64,000 nucleotides of DNA from an uncultured Candidatus Rokubacteria bacterium (GCA_963762145.1 CAVXJS010000014.1:160001-224000), one strand, 5' to 3'; shown: positions 1-10,537, counted from the first letter of the stretch. Made by a program: numbers and translations. Notes: generated by a model not told the origin, from the letters alone.

Positions 1-76
1 GACTCAGGCACGCAGCGCGGCAAAAATTTGACTCGGCGGCCCGGCGGCGCCTAGGCTCTTGGGCACGGAGGGAGCC

Positions 77-364
77 ATGAAGATGCTGCCGCTGGCCGTG
101 CTGTTGCTGCTCGCGAGCGCCGGGATCGCGCCGGCCCAGACGAAGTCCCAGGGCCAGCTCGACCTGGAGTACAAGCAGCGGACGCCCGCCCTCCGCCCGG
201 TGCCGCCGCGGAAGGTCGAGGAGGACACGGCGCAGGCGGTGCGAGAGCTCAGTCGCCAGCGTACGGATCGCATGCTGCGTGAGGCCGAGCCGAAGCCGCC
301 CCGCAGGCCCGATCTCGACCGCGACGTCACGCAGGGTATCCAGAACCGCGGCCTGAACCGCTAG
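77..364 (+). CDS. small secreted hypothetical protein
   Basis: GGAGGGAG SD before ATG77; signal peptide MKMLPLAVLLLLASAGIAPAQ; TAGGCT -10-like hexamer upstream. Confidence 0.75.
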   Translation: MKMLPLAVLLLLASAGIAPAQTKSQGQLDLEYKQRTPALRPVPPRKVEEDTAQAVRELSRQRTDRMLREAEPKPPRRPDLDRDVTQGIQNRGLNR

Positions 365-414
365 TCGAGGGGCGGACGGCGATAAGGCCGCCCGGCTTCC
401 CACGTGGCTGATGG

Positions 415-3400
415 CTAGCGGCGCTTGCGCGCCGCTGCCCTTCCTCTGCGTGGGCGGGGCTGGGTCTCCTCCAGGATTGGGACGCCGTCGCGGTAGTTGA
501 CGTGGTGGCCGGGCACTGCGGGAACCCTTGGGCCTGGGGTGATGATGCCGACCAGGTTGAGGGGGTCGCAGGCAGAGACGCGGACGGTCTGGCCCGAGGG
601 CTCCTCGCGGCGGATCGCGCGCAGCGCCTCCAGGGCCTCGGGGGCGGCGAACTGCTCGCCCACGAAGCCGCCCACGATGCGGCCGCCGCGAAGATCGCCG
701 CGCATCTCGAGCCGGCGGTAGACGCGCAGCAGATCGCGCCAGGCGGGGACGTCCGGCTCCCGCTGCAGCAGATCGCGAAAGACCACGCCGTAGCGCTTCA
801 CGTACTGCCTCGCCTTGGCCTCGACGAGATCGTCGGCCGCCGGGGTGGCGGGGGGCAGCAGCCGGGCCCAGCGCCCGGTCCCGGGCGAGGGCCGGAGCGC
901 GACGGGCCGGCCGGGTCGCGCGCGGCGCCGCTTCTCGCCGTGGAGCAGGCTGCGCAGGCCGGCGAAGCCGTCGCCGGTGACGAGCCCGGCGGTCACCAGC
1001 TCGCAGAGCGCTTCCTCGACCTCGATGCGGAGCCGCCGCACCGCGGTGGCGATGTCGTCCACGAAGGACGCGCCCGTGCGCTCGAGGTGCGCCAGCACGT
1101 CACGCGCGGGCCCGGACGGCTGGATCGGCGACGCTCCGGCGGGGGTCGTGGCATCCGGCGGCGCGGGCCGCGGCGCGAGGAGCCAGGCGAGATCGCGGCG
1201 GAGCAGCAGCGCCACCGGCACCGTCGCGGACAGGCGTCGGCCGGCATGTCGCGCGCTCTCGTGCAGCCCGAGCCGTCCCCACACCACCTCGCCGGAGAGA
1301 CAGAGCTCGTCGAGCCAGCCCGGCTGGTAGCCGGCCACGCGTGACGACAGGAGGTCCCGCTCCCACACCCCCGCGGCGGCCTCGAAGCCTTGCAGGCGCT
1401 CGATCACCCGCAGCAGGCCGTCGCGGCCGTGCTGCTGGGTCGCGGGCCGCGCGTGCTGCCAGGACAGGAGGAAGCGCATGAGCACCGCGGGCGACACCGG
1501 CTCGATCAGCCGGCGCAGGCCGTCGAGGGTACGCCGGTGGATGCGCGCCAGCAGCCGTCGCTCGCACCACTCGACTTGCTCGCTCGCGATCGCCTCGGGT
1601 GTGAACCGCCCGCGGAGCACGCCGCCCTCGGCCTCCACCGCGGCCAGCGCCGCGTCCACCTCACCGGGGGTGACGTCGAGCGCGGTCGCGAGCGCCGCGG
1701 TGGTGGTGGGGCCGACCAGCCCGAGCCGCGCCCGCACGAGCTCGACCAGCGCGCCGTCCCGGTCGGCCCACGCCGCGGCCCGCCGCGCCGGGGGCTCGAT
1801 CAGGTCGGGCTCGAAGCGAGCCTCCGGCCAGACGGTGGCGGCCAGGGACCGCCGCTCGGCCGGCACCCAGAAGACGTGGTCGCCGTGGGGGAGCCGGGCC
1901 GCACGACCGGCCGCGATCAGCTCGTCCAGATAGCCGGTCCACGCGCTGCCGCCCTCGCGCTCGGGCAGCGCGCCCAGGTCGAGCAGCAGATCGTGCAGCT
2001 CGTCGGCGTTGCGGAGATCGGGCCAGGCCTCGTCCACCACCGCGGTGATCGCGGCGGGGTCGAGCCGGCCGACGTCGTCGGCCACGGAGGCGGGCAGGCC
2101 GCGGCGGAGCGTGACCGCACGCGCGCGGCGCTCCTCGAGCGGCGCGTCGTCGAGGAAGGCGTAGGGATTGGCGTTCAGGATCTCGTGCGCGAAGACCGAC
2201 GGCTCGGGCGTCTCGCGGGTCACGCGCCGGATCTGCCCGGCGTGCAGCGCGGTGAGCGTGGCGCGCAGGCCCTCGATGTCCATCGCCTCGGTCAGGCAGT
2301 CGCGCAGCGTCTCCCGCACGAGCGGGTGATCCGGCACCTCGATGGGCCCCGGCGCCGCGTTGTCCTGGCAGGCGAGCTGCTCGGGGAAGACCGCGACGAG
2401 GAGATCCTCCGCCCGCATGCGCTGCAGATACGGCGGCACCTTGCGCCCGTTCTGCCAGCGCAGCAGGGCGAGCGAGCGGTTGGCGTTCCAGCGCCAGCGC
2501 GTGTTGAACATCGGCGCCTGCAGCGCGGCCTGGATCAGCAGCTCCTCGATCCCGCCCGGGTGCAGCATCTCGAACACCGCCTCGAGCGGGAAGCTGTGCT
2601 GCGGCCCGAGCGAGAGCAGGACGCCGTCGTCGGTGGCGGCGGCCTGCAGCTCGAAGTTGAAGCTGTGGCAGAGCCGCTTGCGGAGCGCCATGCCCCACGC
2701 GCGGTTGATCCGGCCGCCGAAAGGCGCGTGGACCACGAGCTGCATGCCGCCGGCTTCGTCGAAGAACCGCTCCACCACCACCGTCTCGCGGGTGGGCACC
2801 GCGCCGAGCGCGGCCTTGGCGGCGGCGATGTAGTCGCGGGCGAGCAGGGCGCCGCGCCGGTCGAGGCCGGTCTCGCGCTCGAGCCAGGCCGCCGCGCTCT
2901 CGGGGTCGTGCAGGCGATCGGCCACGCCCTGCCGCACCGCGGAGAGCTCGGCCGACAGCTCGAGGGTGCGCGCCGGCCCCTCGCCGAGCCAGAACGGAAT
3001 GGTCGAGGGCGCCCCGCCCGCGTCCTCGACGCGCACGCGGCCGCTCTCGATCCGGCGGATGCGCCAGGAGCTGTTGCCGAGCAGGATGACGTCGCCCGCC
3101 ATCGACTCGATCGCGAAGTCCTCGTCGAGCGAGCCGATCGTGGTCTCGTCGGGCTCCAGCACGACCTCGTAGCTCGCGTTGTCCGGGATCGCGCCCCCCG
3201 AGGTGAGCGCGGCCAGCCGCGCGCCGCGCCGCGCCTTGAGCCGGCGCGCCACCCCGTCGCGATGCAGGCGCGCCGCGAAGCGGCCCCGCCGCGTGGCGAT
3301 ACCCTCGGCCAGCATGTCCACGACCTCGTCGAAGTCCTCGCGGGCGAGCGTCGCGTAGGGCGCGGCACGGCGACAGAGGTCGAAGAGCCGGTCCTCGTCC

Positions 3401-4662
3401 TGCTCCTCGCACGCGCAGATCGCCACGATCTGCTGGGCGAGGACGTCGAGCGGCGCGTGGCGCAGGCTGAGCCGGTCGATCTCGCCGCGTCGGGCCGCGC
3501 GCACCAGGGCCGCGCACTCCACGAGCTGGTCGCGGGTGAGGGGGAAGAGGCGCCCCTTGGGCGTGGCGATCAGGGCGTGGCCCGAGCGGCCGACACGCTG
3601 GAGCGCGGTGGCGATCGAGCGAGGGGAGCCGATCAGGCAGGTGAGATCGACCGTGCCCACGTCGATGCCGAGCTCGAGCGACGCGGTCGCCACCACCAGC
3701 GAGAGCTCGCCCGCCTTGAGCCGCTGCTCGGCGTCGAAGCGCCGCTGCCGGCTCAGGCTGCTGTGGTGCGCGGCCACCCGCTCGGCGCCGAGGCGCTCGG
3801 CCAGATGGCGCGTCACCCGCTCGACCAGACGCCGCGTGTTGACGAACACCAGCGTCGAGCGGTGCGCCCGGGCGAGCTCGGCGACGCGATCGTAGATCTC
3901 CTCCCACTGCTCGTTGGTACAGACCGCTCCCAGCTCGTCGCCGATCACCTCGATGGCCAGGTCCATGTCGCGGCGCTGGCCCACGTTGACGATCTCGGGC
4001 AGCGGCCGCTCCGCGCCCACCAGGAGCCGCGCCGCGGTCTGGATCGGCCGCACGGTGGCCGAGAGGCCGATCCGCTGCAGGCGCTCGCCCCGCGCGGCCA
4101 CCAGCTCCGCGAGCCGCTCGAGGGACAGGGCCAGGTGCGCGCCACGCTTGTCGCCCGCCACCGCGTGAATCTCGTCCACGATCACGGTGCGCACGTCGGC
4201 GAGCCAGCGCCGACTCGACTCGGCGGTGAGCAGGATGAAGAGCGACTCGGGCGTGGTCACCATGACGTGCGGCGGCCGGCGCCCGATCAGCCGGCGCTCG
4301 TGGGCGGGCGTATCGCCGGTGCGGACCGCGGTGCGGATCTCGGGCGCGGGAAGCCCCGCCGCCCGCGCCGCCACGGCCAGCTCGGCGAGGGGCTCGTCCA
4401 GGTTGCGCCGCACGTCGTTGGAGAGCGCCTTGAGCGGCGACACGTACAGGATCGCGGTGCGGTCTGCCAGCCGGCCCTCCACCGCCTCGCGGAAGAGCCG
4501 GTCGAGGCAGGCCAGGAATGCCGCGAGAGTCTTGCCGGAGCCGGTGGGAGCGGTGAGCAGCACGTCCCGCCCCTCCGCGATGAGCGGCCAGGCGCCGGCC
4601 TGCACCGGCGTGGGCTCGGTGTAGCGGGCGCGGAACCACGACTCGACGACGGGGTGAAACAT
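415..4662 (-). CDS. lhr: Lhr-family DEAD/DEAH-box ATP-dependent helicase (long form)
   Basis: PTPVQ Q-motif, APTGSGKT Walker A, DEIH, GLSAT, LELGID, QRVGRSGH; long C-terminal extension; start taken at MFHPVV. Confidence 0.9.
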   Translation of the reverse strand: MFHPVVESWFRARYTEPTPVQAGAWPLIAEGRDVLLTAPTGSGKTLAAFLACLDRLFREAVEGRLADRTAILYVSPLKALSNDVRRNLDEPLAELAVAARAAGLPAPEIRTAVRTGDTPAHERRLIGRRPPHVMVTTPESLFILLTAESSRRWLADVRTVIVDEIHAVAGDKRGAHLALSLERLAELVAARGERLQRIGLSATVRPIQTAARLLVGAERPLPEIVNVGQRRDMDLAIEVIGDELGAVCTNEQWEEIYDRVAELARAHRSTLVFVNTRRLVERVTRHLAERLGAERVAAHHSSLSRQRRFDAEQRLKAGELSLVVATASLELGIDVGTVDLTCLIGSPRSIATALQRVGRSGHALIATPKGRLFPLTRDQLVECAALVRAARRGEIDRLSLRHAPLDVLAQQIVAICACEEQDEDRLFDLCRRAAPYATLAREDFDEVVDMLAEGIATRRGRFAARLHRDGVARRLKARRGARLAALTSGGAIPDNASYEVVLEPDETTIGSLDEDFAIESMAGDVILLGNSSWRIRRIESGRVRVEDAGGAPSTIPFWLGEGPARTLELSAELSAVRQGVADRLHDPESAAAWLERETGLDRRGALLARDYIAAAKAALGAVPTRETVVVERFFDEAGGMQLVVHAPFGGRINRAWGMALRKRLCHSFNFELQAAATDDGVLLSLGPQHSFPLEAVFEMLHPGGIEELLIQAALQAPMFNTRWRWNANRSLALLRWQNGRKVPPYLQRMRAEDLLVAVFPEQLACQDNAAPGPIEVPDHPLVRETLRDCLTEAMDIEGLRATLTALHAGQIRRVTRETPEPSVFAHEILNANPYAFLDDAPLEERRARAVTLRRGLPASVADDVGRLDPAAITAVVDEAWPDLRNADELHDLLLDLGALPEREGGSAWTGYLDELIAAGRAARLPHGDHVFWVPAERRSLAATVWPEARFEPDLIEPPARRAAAWADRDGALVELVRARLGLVGPTTTAALATALDVTPGEVDAALAAVEAEGGVLRGRFTPEAIASEQVEWCERRLLARIHRRTLDGLRRLIEPVSPAVLMRFLLSWQHARPATQQHGRDGLLRVIERLQGFEAAAGVWERDLLSSRVAGYQPGWLDELCLSGEVVWGRLGLHESARHAGRRLSATVPVALLLRRDLAWLLAPRPAPPDATTPAGASPIQPSGPARDVLAHLERTGASFVDDIATAVRRLRIEVEEALCELVTAGLVTGDGFAGLRSLLHGEKRRRARPGRPVALRPSPGTGRWARLLPPATPAADDLVEAKARQYVKRYGVVFRDLLQREPDVPAWRDLLRVYRRLEMRGDLRGGRIVGGFVGEQFAAPEALEALRAIRREEPSGQTVRVSACDPLNLVGIITPGPRVPAVPGHHVNYRDGVPILEETQPRPRRGRAAARKRR

Positions 4663-4811
4663 TGCATCAGTATAGTCAGATTGTCTCCGGCCCGCATTCG
4701 AGAGCGCCCGTCGACGGGTCGGCACGACGGCCACCAGACCGGCGGTCCTCAGCTCGCGGGGCATGTCCCGCCTCCGCACCCGGCCGACGCTGGTAGACTC
4801 GCACCCAGACC

Positions 4812-5837
4812 GTGAAGAAAGATCACATCGACACCCTCTGCTCACCCGAGATCCCGCGGCGTGCCTTCATGGCGGCCCTCGCGGGCGGCCTCCTCGCCGC
4901 GCCGCTCGCCGCCGAGGCGCAGCCGGCGGGGAAGGTGCCCAGGGTCGCGTATCTGAGCGCTTCCTCCGCGGCGAGCGCCACATGGGGCGTCGAAGCCTTT
5001 CGGCAAGGATTGCGCGAGCTCGGTTATATCGAGGGACGGAACATCCTGATCGAATACCGGTGGGCGGATGGGCGGTTCGACCGCCTCCCTGCCCTTGCGG
5101 CCGACCTGGCCCGTCTTGCGGTGGATGTCATTGTTGCATCGAACACGCCCGCAGCCTTGGCGGCGAGAAATGCGACGGGCACGATCCCGATCGTCCTCGT
5201 GACAAGTGGCGATCCGGTGGGATCGGGGCTCGTCGCCAGCTTGGCGCGGCCAGGCGGGAACGTCACGGGGCTGAGCCTGTTTTCGACTCTGGCGATGAGC
5301 GGAAAGCAGCTGGAGCTACTCAAACAGGCATTCCCGACAGTCAGCCATGTAGCGGTGCTCGCCAATCCCGCGAATCCGCCGACGGCTGGCCTCTTGACGG
5401 AGACCGAACTCGCGGCTCGACCGCTCGGCCTGCGGCTTCGCGTCGTGCCGGTACGAGAGCCGAAAGAATTCGATGACGCATTCGCCATGATGAAGAACGA
5501 GCGCGTCCCGGCTCTCTTGGTCATAGCCGATCCCTTGGTCAATGATCACCGAGGCCGGATCGTTGCCTTCTCGGCGACAAACCGGCTCCCCGCAATCTAC
5601 CCGTACAGGACGTTCGTGGACGCGGGGGGCCTCATGTCCTACGGCGTGGATCTCTCCGATTTGAGTCGGCGTGCTGCGACCTATGTCGACCGGATCCTCA
5701 AGGGCGCCAAGCCCGCCGAGCTGCCCATCGAGCAGCCCACCAAGTTCGAGCTGGTCATCAACCTGAAAACTGCCAAGGCGCTCGGCCTGACGATCCCGCC
5801 GTCGCTTCTGCAGCGGGCGGACCAGGTGATCGAGTGA
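4812..5837 (+). CDS. ABC transporter substrate-binding protein (ABC_sub_bind type)
   Basis: RRAF/AEAQ signal, SLARPGGNVTG, C-terminal EQPTKFELVINLKTAKALG; exact start uncertain. Confidence 0.9.
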   Translation: MKKDHIDTLCSPEIPRRAFMAALAGGLLAAPLAAEAQPAGKVPRVAYLSASSAASATWGVEAFRQGLRELGYIEGRNILIEYRWADGRFDRLPALAADLARLAVDVIVASNTPAALAARNATGTIPIVLVTSGDPVGSGLVASLARPGGNVTGLSLFSTLAMSGKQLELLKQAFPTVSHVAVLANPANPPTAGLLTETELAARPLGLRLRVVPVREPKEFDDAFAMMKNERVPALLVIADPLVNDHRGRIVAFSATNRLPAIYPYRTFVDAGGLMSYGVDLSDLSRRAATYVDRILKGAKPAELPIEQPTKFELVINLKTAKALGLTIPPSLLQRADQVIE

Positions 5838-5960
5838 GCGCCAAACACTGGTACGCGTCGAGTAACCGGTTCAGGCGACGTCGAGTGGTCAGCCGCTTTG
5901 ATGGCCACCATGCGATAGCCGTCAATCAGTGGACGGCCGCGCTCGCCGCTTCCAGAGCGG

Positions 5961-6164
5961 CTAGGGCGGCCCGGTCCAGTCCTTTCGCTCCTGCTCGCTC
6001 AGGACCCGGTGGCAGTCCGCGCAGCGGCAGGCCTTGTCCGAGCAGTTGAGTCGGTTGCCGCCCAGCTCCGTGAGCACGCCTTCACGCCGGACCAGCAGTC
6101 CGGCGCGCCGGCCAACCGGGAACCGGTCGTGTCCGTCCCTTGGACACTCCGCGCGAATCGCCAT
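5961..6164 (-). CDS. small Cys/His-rich hypothetical protein (possible zinc binder)
   Basis: AGGAGG SD upstream of ATG; CPRDGH and CSDKACRCADCH motifs; fills an otherwise empty gap. Confidence 0.55.
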   Translation of the reverse strand: MAIRAECPRDGHDRFPVGRRAGLLVRREGVLTELGGNRLNCSDKACRCADCHRVLSEQERKDWTGPP

Positions 6165-6281
6165 CGCCCGCCCTCCTGACCGCGAGGCTACTGCGCGGCC
6201 TGCGCGTTGTCCAAGCCGTGAGAGCGACGCGCGGGACTGCTCGTCGCTCGTACCGAACGCCGGTGCGCTATGCTACCCGCC

Positions 6282-7526
6282 ATGATTCCAGGCCCGCTCG
6301 TCGCTCTGTTCGCGCTGGCGCTGGCACTGGTCGTTTCGGGCGCACCTCCGCTCGCCGAGGCCCAGCGTCCTGCGGTCAGCCGCAGCGGCATGCTCGACGG
6401 CGCGGACTACCTTATCGAGGTGCCGGCCAACTGGAACGGCGGGCTCGTCGTCTTCGCGCACGGGATCCAGCGAGGGCCGGGCAAAGGCGACGTGCGCATC
6501 CCGCCGATCGCGAGCCACATCATTCGCGAAGGTCATGCGTGGATCGCGTCCGGCTACCGGGCGCGCGAGTATCAGCCCCACCTGTTCATCGAGGACCTCG
6601 TCGCGCTCCGCGAGCTGTTCCTGAAGGAGATCGGGGCGCCGCGCTGGTCGATCATCTACGGCCAGTCCATGGGCGGCCACATGACCGTCGCGTCCCTGGA
6701 GCTGCGGCCGGGTCTCTACCAGGGCGGTCTCTCGGAATGCGGGCTCGTCGACGGCATCGGGATCGCCGACTACCTGATGGCGTACACCGCCGCGGCCGAG
6801 CTGATCTCCGGTGTGCCCATCCTCGATGTGCCCGATCGACTCGCGTTTGGACCGCATCTCGCAGGTGTCGTACGGGCGCTCGGCATGCCGGGCTCGTACA
6901 CCGCGCGCGGGCAACAGTTCGACAGCGTGGTCAAGTTCCTGATGGGTGCCGATCGGGCCGGCAACGACCTGCCGCTGCGCCTCCAGGGGCTCCAGGCGCG
7001 GTACCTCGCCAACATCATGCACCGCCCCAAGGACGTCGAGAACGACCCGAACCCGGGCCTGCGCGCGGCGAGCACCGTCCACGTCAAGTACCGGATCGAT
7101 CCTGGCCTCGGTCTCACCGAAGACGAGCTCAATGCGCGCGTCAGGCGGATCCACCCGGTGAAGGACGCCCGTTCGTCGACCGCCAACCCGGTGTATGCGG
7201 AGCCGACCGGCCGGCTCACGGTGCCCCTTCTCACCCTGCACGAGACCGGTGATGCATGGGTCCCGCTGAGCCTCGAGCAGTCGTACAAGCGCCGCACCAT
7301 GCTGGCGGGGACGGACCACCTCCTCGTGCAGCGCGTGGTACGGGCCCCGAGTCACTGTGGCGTCGACGGGGAGACGCGGCGGCAGGCGTTCGACGATCTC
7401 GTCGCGTGGATCGAGCGCGGGGTGCGACCGGATGGCGAGGACGTGCTCGCCGCCGATCTCTCACGTATCGGACTCAAGTGGACGCCCTATCTCCACGTGG
7501 AGGACCCGCTGGCCCCGCGCCGCTGA
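6282..7526 (+). CDS. secreted alpha/beta hydrolase
   Basis: signal peptide ending AEAQ; AHG oxyanion segment; GQSMGG nucleophile elbow; ETGD and SHC catalytic candidates. Confidence 0.8.
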   Translation: MIPGPLVALFALALALVVSGAPPLAEAQRPAVSRSGMLDGADYLIEVPANWNGGLVVFAHGIQRGPGKGDVRIPPIASHIIREGHAWIASGYRAREYQPHLFIEDLVALRELFLKEIGAPRWSIIYGQSMGGHMTVASLELRPGLYQGGLSECGLVDGIGIADYLMAYTAAAELISGVPILDVPDRLAFGPHLAGVVRALGMPGSYTARGQQFDSVVKFLMGADRAGNDLPLRLQGLQARYLANIMHRPKDVENDPNPGLRAASTVHVKYRIDPGLGLTEDELNARVRRIHPVKDARSSTANPVYAEPTGRLTVPLLTLHETGDAWVPLSLEQSYKRRTMLAGTDHLLVQRVVRAPSHCGVDGETRRQAFDDLVAWIERGVRPDGEDVLAADLSRIGLKWTPYLHVEDPLAPRR

Positions 7527-7568
7527 CCGATTGACTAGGCCGTCACACCTCCGTAGCCTTGTCGCGTC

Positions 7569-8819
7569 ATGACGGCCTCGTCCGAGACGGTGATCGTGGG
7601 CGGCGGGCACGCCGGGCTCGCGCTCAGCTATCACCTGGGCCGGCTCGGGCGCCCGCATCTCGTCCTCGAGCGGGGACGGGTGGCCGAGCGCTGGCGGAGC
7701 GAGCGCTGGGACTCACTGATGTTCCAGTTCCCCAACTGGAGCCTGCGTCTGCCCGGGCAGGAGTATCGCGGCAACGACCCGGACGGCTTTGCGACGCGCG
7801 ACGAGGTGATCGCGTTCATCGAGCGCTACTGCGAGCTCGTCGTCGCGCCCGTGCGGACCGGGGTGCGGGTGGATCGCGTCCGCCCGACGGACGGCGGCTT
7901 CCGGCTCGAGACCACGGACGGCGCCCTCGACGCCGCCAACGTCGTCGTCGCCACCGGTCCCTATCAGGAGCCGATCCTGCCGGCGCTTCGGCACGCCCTC
8001 CCGCCCGCGGTGGTCCAGGTGCACGCGAGCGGCTATCGCAATCCGGCACAGCTCCCGGCCGGGTCGGTGCTGGTGGTGGGCTCCGGCGCCTCCGGCTGCC
8101 AGATCGTGGAGGACCTGCTCGCGGCGGGCCGGACCGTGTACTTCTCGGTGGGCCGCCACCGGCGCTACCCGCGCCGCTACCGCGGCCACGACATGTTCTG
8201 GTGGATGGAGCGGATCGGCGCGCTGGACCAGACGCTCGACGAGCGCACCGACGCGCGCGAGCGGCCGAACCCGCTCGTCACCGGGGTCGGCGGCGGCCAC
8301 GAGATCGACCTCCGCGACTATGAGGTGGCCGGTGTCACGCTGCTCGGGCATCTGCGCGATGTCACCGGCTCGCGACTCCACCTGGCCGATGACCTGGACG
8401 CGCTCCTGGCCGCGGGCGACGAAAGCGTCGGCGTGTTCACGCGCGCCGTGGATGCCTACGTCGCGCGGTCCGGCCTCGCGGCGACGGCGCCGCCGCCGAG
8501 TCCGCCGTCCCACGGCGCGTCGTCGGCGCCGGTCCGCGAGCTCGATCTGGCCGCTTCCGGCATCACGTCGGTGGTCTGGGCCACCGGGTTCCGGCGCGAC
8601 TTCGGGTGGATCGACGCGCCCGTCTTCGACGAGCGAGGCGAGCCGGTGCATCGGCGCGGCGTGACCGGCTGCGCGGGGCTCTACTTCCTCGGGCTGCCGT
8701 GGCTCCACAAGCTCAAGTCATCGGTGCTGTGCGGGGTCGGGGACGACGCTGCCCATCTCGCCGACCATATCGCCGCGGACGCCTCGCGTCTCCGGCCGGG
8801 ACTGATCAGGAGGGCGTGA
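7569..8819 (+). CDS. FAD/NAD(P)-dependent oxidoreductase (flavin monooxygenase-like)
   Basis: GGGHAG and GSGASG Rossmann motifs, HASGYRNP, WATGF, GLYFLG. Confidence 0.85.
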   Translation: MTASSETVIVGGGHAGLALSYHLGRLGRPHLVLERGRVAERWRSERWDSLMFQFPNWSLRLPGQEYRGNDPDGFATRDEVIAFIERYCELVVAPVRTGVRVDRVRPTDGGFRLETTDGALDAANVVVATGPYQEPILPALRHALPPAVVQVHASGYRNPAQLPAGSVLVVGSGASGCQIVEDLLAAGRTVYFSVGRHRRYPRRYRGHDMFWWMERIGALDQTLDERTDARERPNPLVTGVGGGHEIDLRDYEVAGVTLLGHLRDVTGSRLHLADDLDALLAAGDESVGVFTRAVDAYVARSGLAATAPPPSPPSHGASSAPVRELDLAASGITSVVWATGFRRDFGWIDAPVFDERGEPVHRRGVTGCAGLYFLGLPWLHKLKSSVLCGVGDDAAHLADHIAADASRLRPGLIRRA

Positions 8820-9922
8820 TGGCCATCGAGTTCATCGGCATGATCGGAGTGCGGCCCGAAGGGGCCGACGGCGCCGCGGTGCACGTGATCGGCGGCGAGA
8901 TCGACATGGCGTGGGTCCGGGAGTTCTCCCGAGCCCACGAGCGCGCCGGCTTCGACAAGGTGCTGGTGGGCTACACGTCCACCTCCGCCGACGGCTTCCT
9001 GGTGTCCGCGTACGCCGCAGCCCACACCGAGCGGCTCGGCTATCTGCTCGCCCACCGCCCGGGCTTCGTCACGCCCACGCTGGCCGCGCGGAAGGCGGCC
9101 ACCCTCGATCAGCTCTCGGCCGGCCGGCTCGCGCTCCACATCATCACCGGCGGCAGCGACGCCGACCAGGCGCGCGATGGCGATTTCGTGGACCACGACA
9201 CGCGCTACCGCCGCACCGACGAGTACCTCGGGGTCATGCGGCGCGTGTGGACGGAGGCACGGCCCTTCGACCACGCGGGGGAGTTCTACCGTCTCACCGC
9301 CGCCTACTCGGACGTCAAGCCGGTGCAGCAGCCCCACGTGCCGCTCTACTTCGGCGGCGCCTCGGAGGCCGCGCACCGCATCGGCGTCCGGCACTGCGAC
9401 GTCTACATGCTCTGGGGTGAGCCGCTCGCCGCGATCCGTGACCGCATCGCGACCGTGCGCGCGGCGGCGGCCGAGGCCGGCCGGGAGCCGGGCGCGCCGC
9501 GGTTCAGCGTCTCGCTACGGCCGATCATCGCGCCCACCGAGGCGCAGGCCTGGGTCAAGGCGCACACGATCCTGGAGCAGGTGCGGACCAAGCAGGGCCA
9601 GCGCGCCGTCCCCCAGCCCGAGGCGATCGGCGCCCGCCGGCTGGTGGACTTCGCGCAGCAGGCCGACGTGCACGACAAGCGGCTCTGGACGCCGATCGCG
9701 GCGGCCGTCGGCGGCCAGGGCAACACCACCGCGCTGGTGGGCACGCCCGAGCAGGTGGCCGAGGCGCTGCTCGATTACCACGATCTCGGCGTGACCACGC
9801 TGCTGATCCGCGGCTTCGATCCGCTGAACGACGCGATCGAGTACGGCCGCGAGCTCATCCCCCTGGTGAAGACCGAGGTCGCCCGCCGCGAGCGGGATCG
9901 CGCGGCGGCGCTCGCGCGGTGA
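8819..9922 (+). CDS. LLM-class flavin-dependent monooxygenase (SsuD-like)
   Basis: LAHRPG, ATLDQLSAGR, YFGGASEAA, WGEP, ALVGTPEQVA; TGATG coupling to upstream gene. Confidence 0.9.
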   Translation: MAIEFIGMIGVRPEGADGAAVHVIGGEIDMAWVREFSRAHERAGFDKVLVGYTSTSADGFLVSAYAAAHTERLGYLLAHRPGFVTPTLAARKAATLDQLSAGRLALHIITGGSDADQARDGDFVDHDTRYRRTDEYLGVMRRVWTEARPFDHAGEFYRLTAAYSDVKPVQQPHVPLYFGGASEAAHRIGVRHCDVYMLWGEPLAAIRDRIATVRAAAAEAGREPGAPRFSVSLRPIIAPTEAQAWVKAHTILEQVRTKQGQRAVPQPEAIGARRLVDFAQQADVHDKRLWTPIAAAVGGQGNTTALVGTPEQVAEALLDYHDLGVTTLLIRGFDPLNDAIEYGRELIPLVKTEVARRERDRAAALAR

Positions 9923-10503
9923 CGCGGCTCCTGGCCGTCGTGGGCGCGGTGACGCCGCCGGGGCGCCTCGACGCGGCGGTGCGCTTCGCGGCCGACCGCG
10001 CGGCGGACCACGGAGGTGATCGGCGCGATATCTCCGCCACCGTCCTGAGCCTCGGCGCGCACCGCGTCTCCTTCGCGGACGGCCGCCCGCTCGACCGCTA
10101 TCCCGACGATACTGCGCGCGTCGTCGGCGCGATCGCCGAGGCCGACGCCGTGCTGCTCGCGAGCCCGGTCTACCGCGCCTCGTTCACCGGCGCGCTCAAG
10201 AACCTGCTCGATCTCACCCCGGTGGAGGCGCTGCGGGCCAAGCCGGTCGGGATCGTGGCGATGGGAGCGACGCTGCATCACTACCTGGGGGTGGACTGGC
10301 AGCTCCGCGCGGTGCTGGCCTGGTTCGGGGCGCTGGTGGCGCCGACCAGCGTCTACCTCGAGTCGGGCCACTTCCAGGACGGCCAGCTCACCGACCCGGC
10401 CGCACGAGCCGGCCTCGGCGACCTGGTCGGCGCGCTCGTCGCGATGGCGGGCTACCCCCGGGATCAGGCGGGCCCACCCCCATTGGCCGCAGGCCGCGGC
10501 TAG
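9919..10503 (+). CDS. NADPH-dependent FMN reductase (SsuE/MsuE-like)
   Basis: SPVYRASFTGALKNLLD motif; GTGA overlap with LLM gene. Confidence 0.88.
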   Translation: MTRLLAVVGAVTPPGRLDAAVRFAADRAADHGGDRRDISATVLSLGAHRVSFADGRPLDRYPDDTARVVGAIAEADAVLLASPVYRASFTGALKNLLDLTPVEALRAKPVGIVAMGATLHHYLGVDWQLRAVLAWFGALVAPTSVYLESGHFQDGQLTDPAARAGLGDLVGALVAMAGYPRDQAGPPPLAAGRG

Positions 10504-10537
10504 ACGCGCGCGCTAGGGTAGGCCTCGTTCGGGGCCT

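Noticed and set aside
1390-4815. Very long antisense or alternate-frame ORFs (e.g. 1390-4815 +, 18950-21844 -, upstream part of 33325-36243 -)
   Set aside because: Shadow ORFs of real genes in GC-rich DNA; Arg/Ala/Gly-rich with no motifs
8817-8821. Other TGA stops (e.g. 8817, 21077, 28423, 39942) as read-through sites
   Set aside because: Ordinary TGATG/ATGA/GTGA coupling to the next gene; the proteins are complete and no Cys-equivalent position is involved
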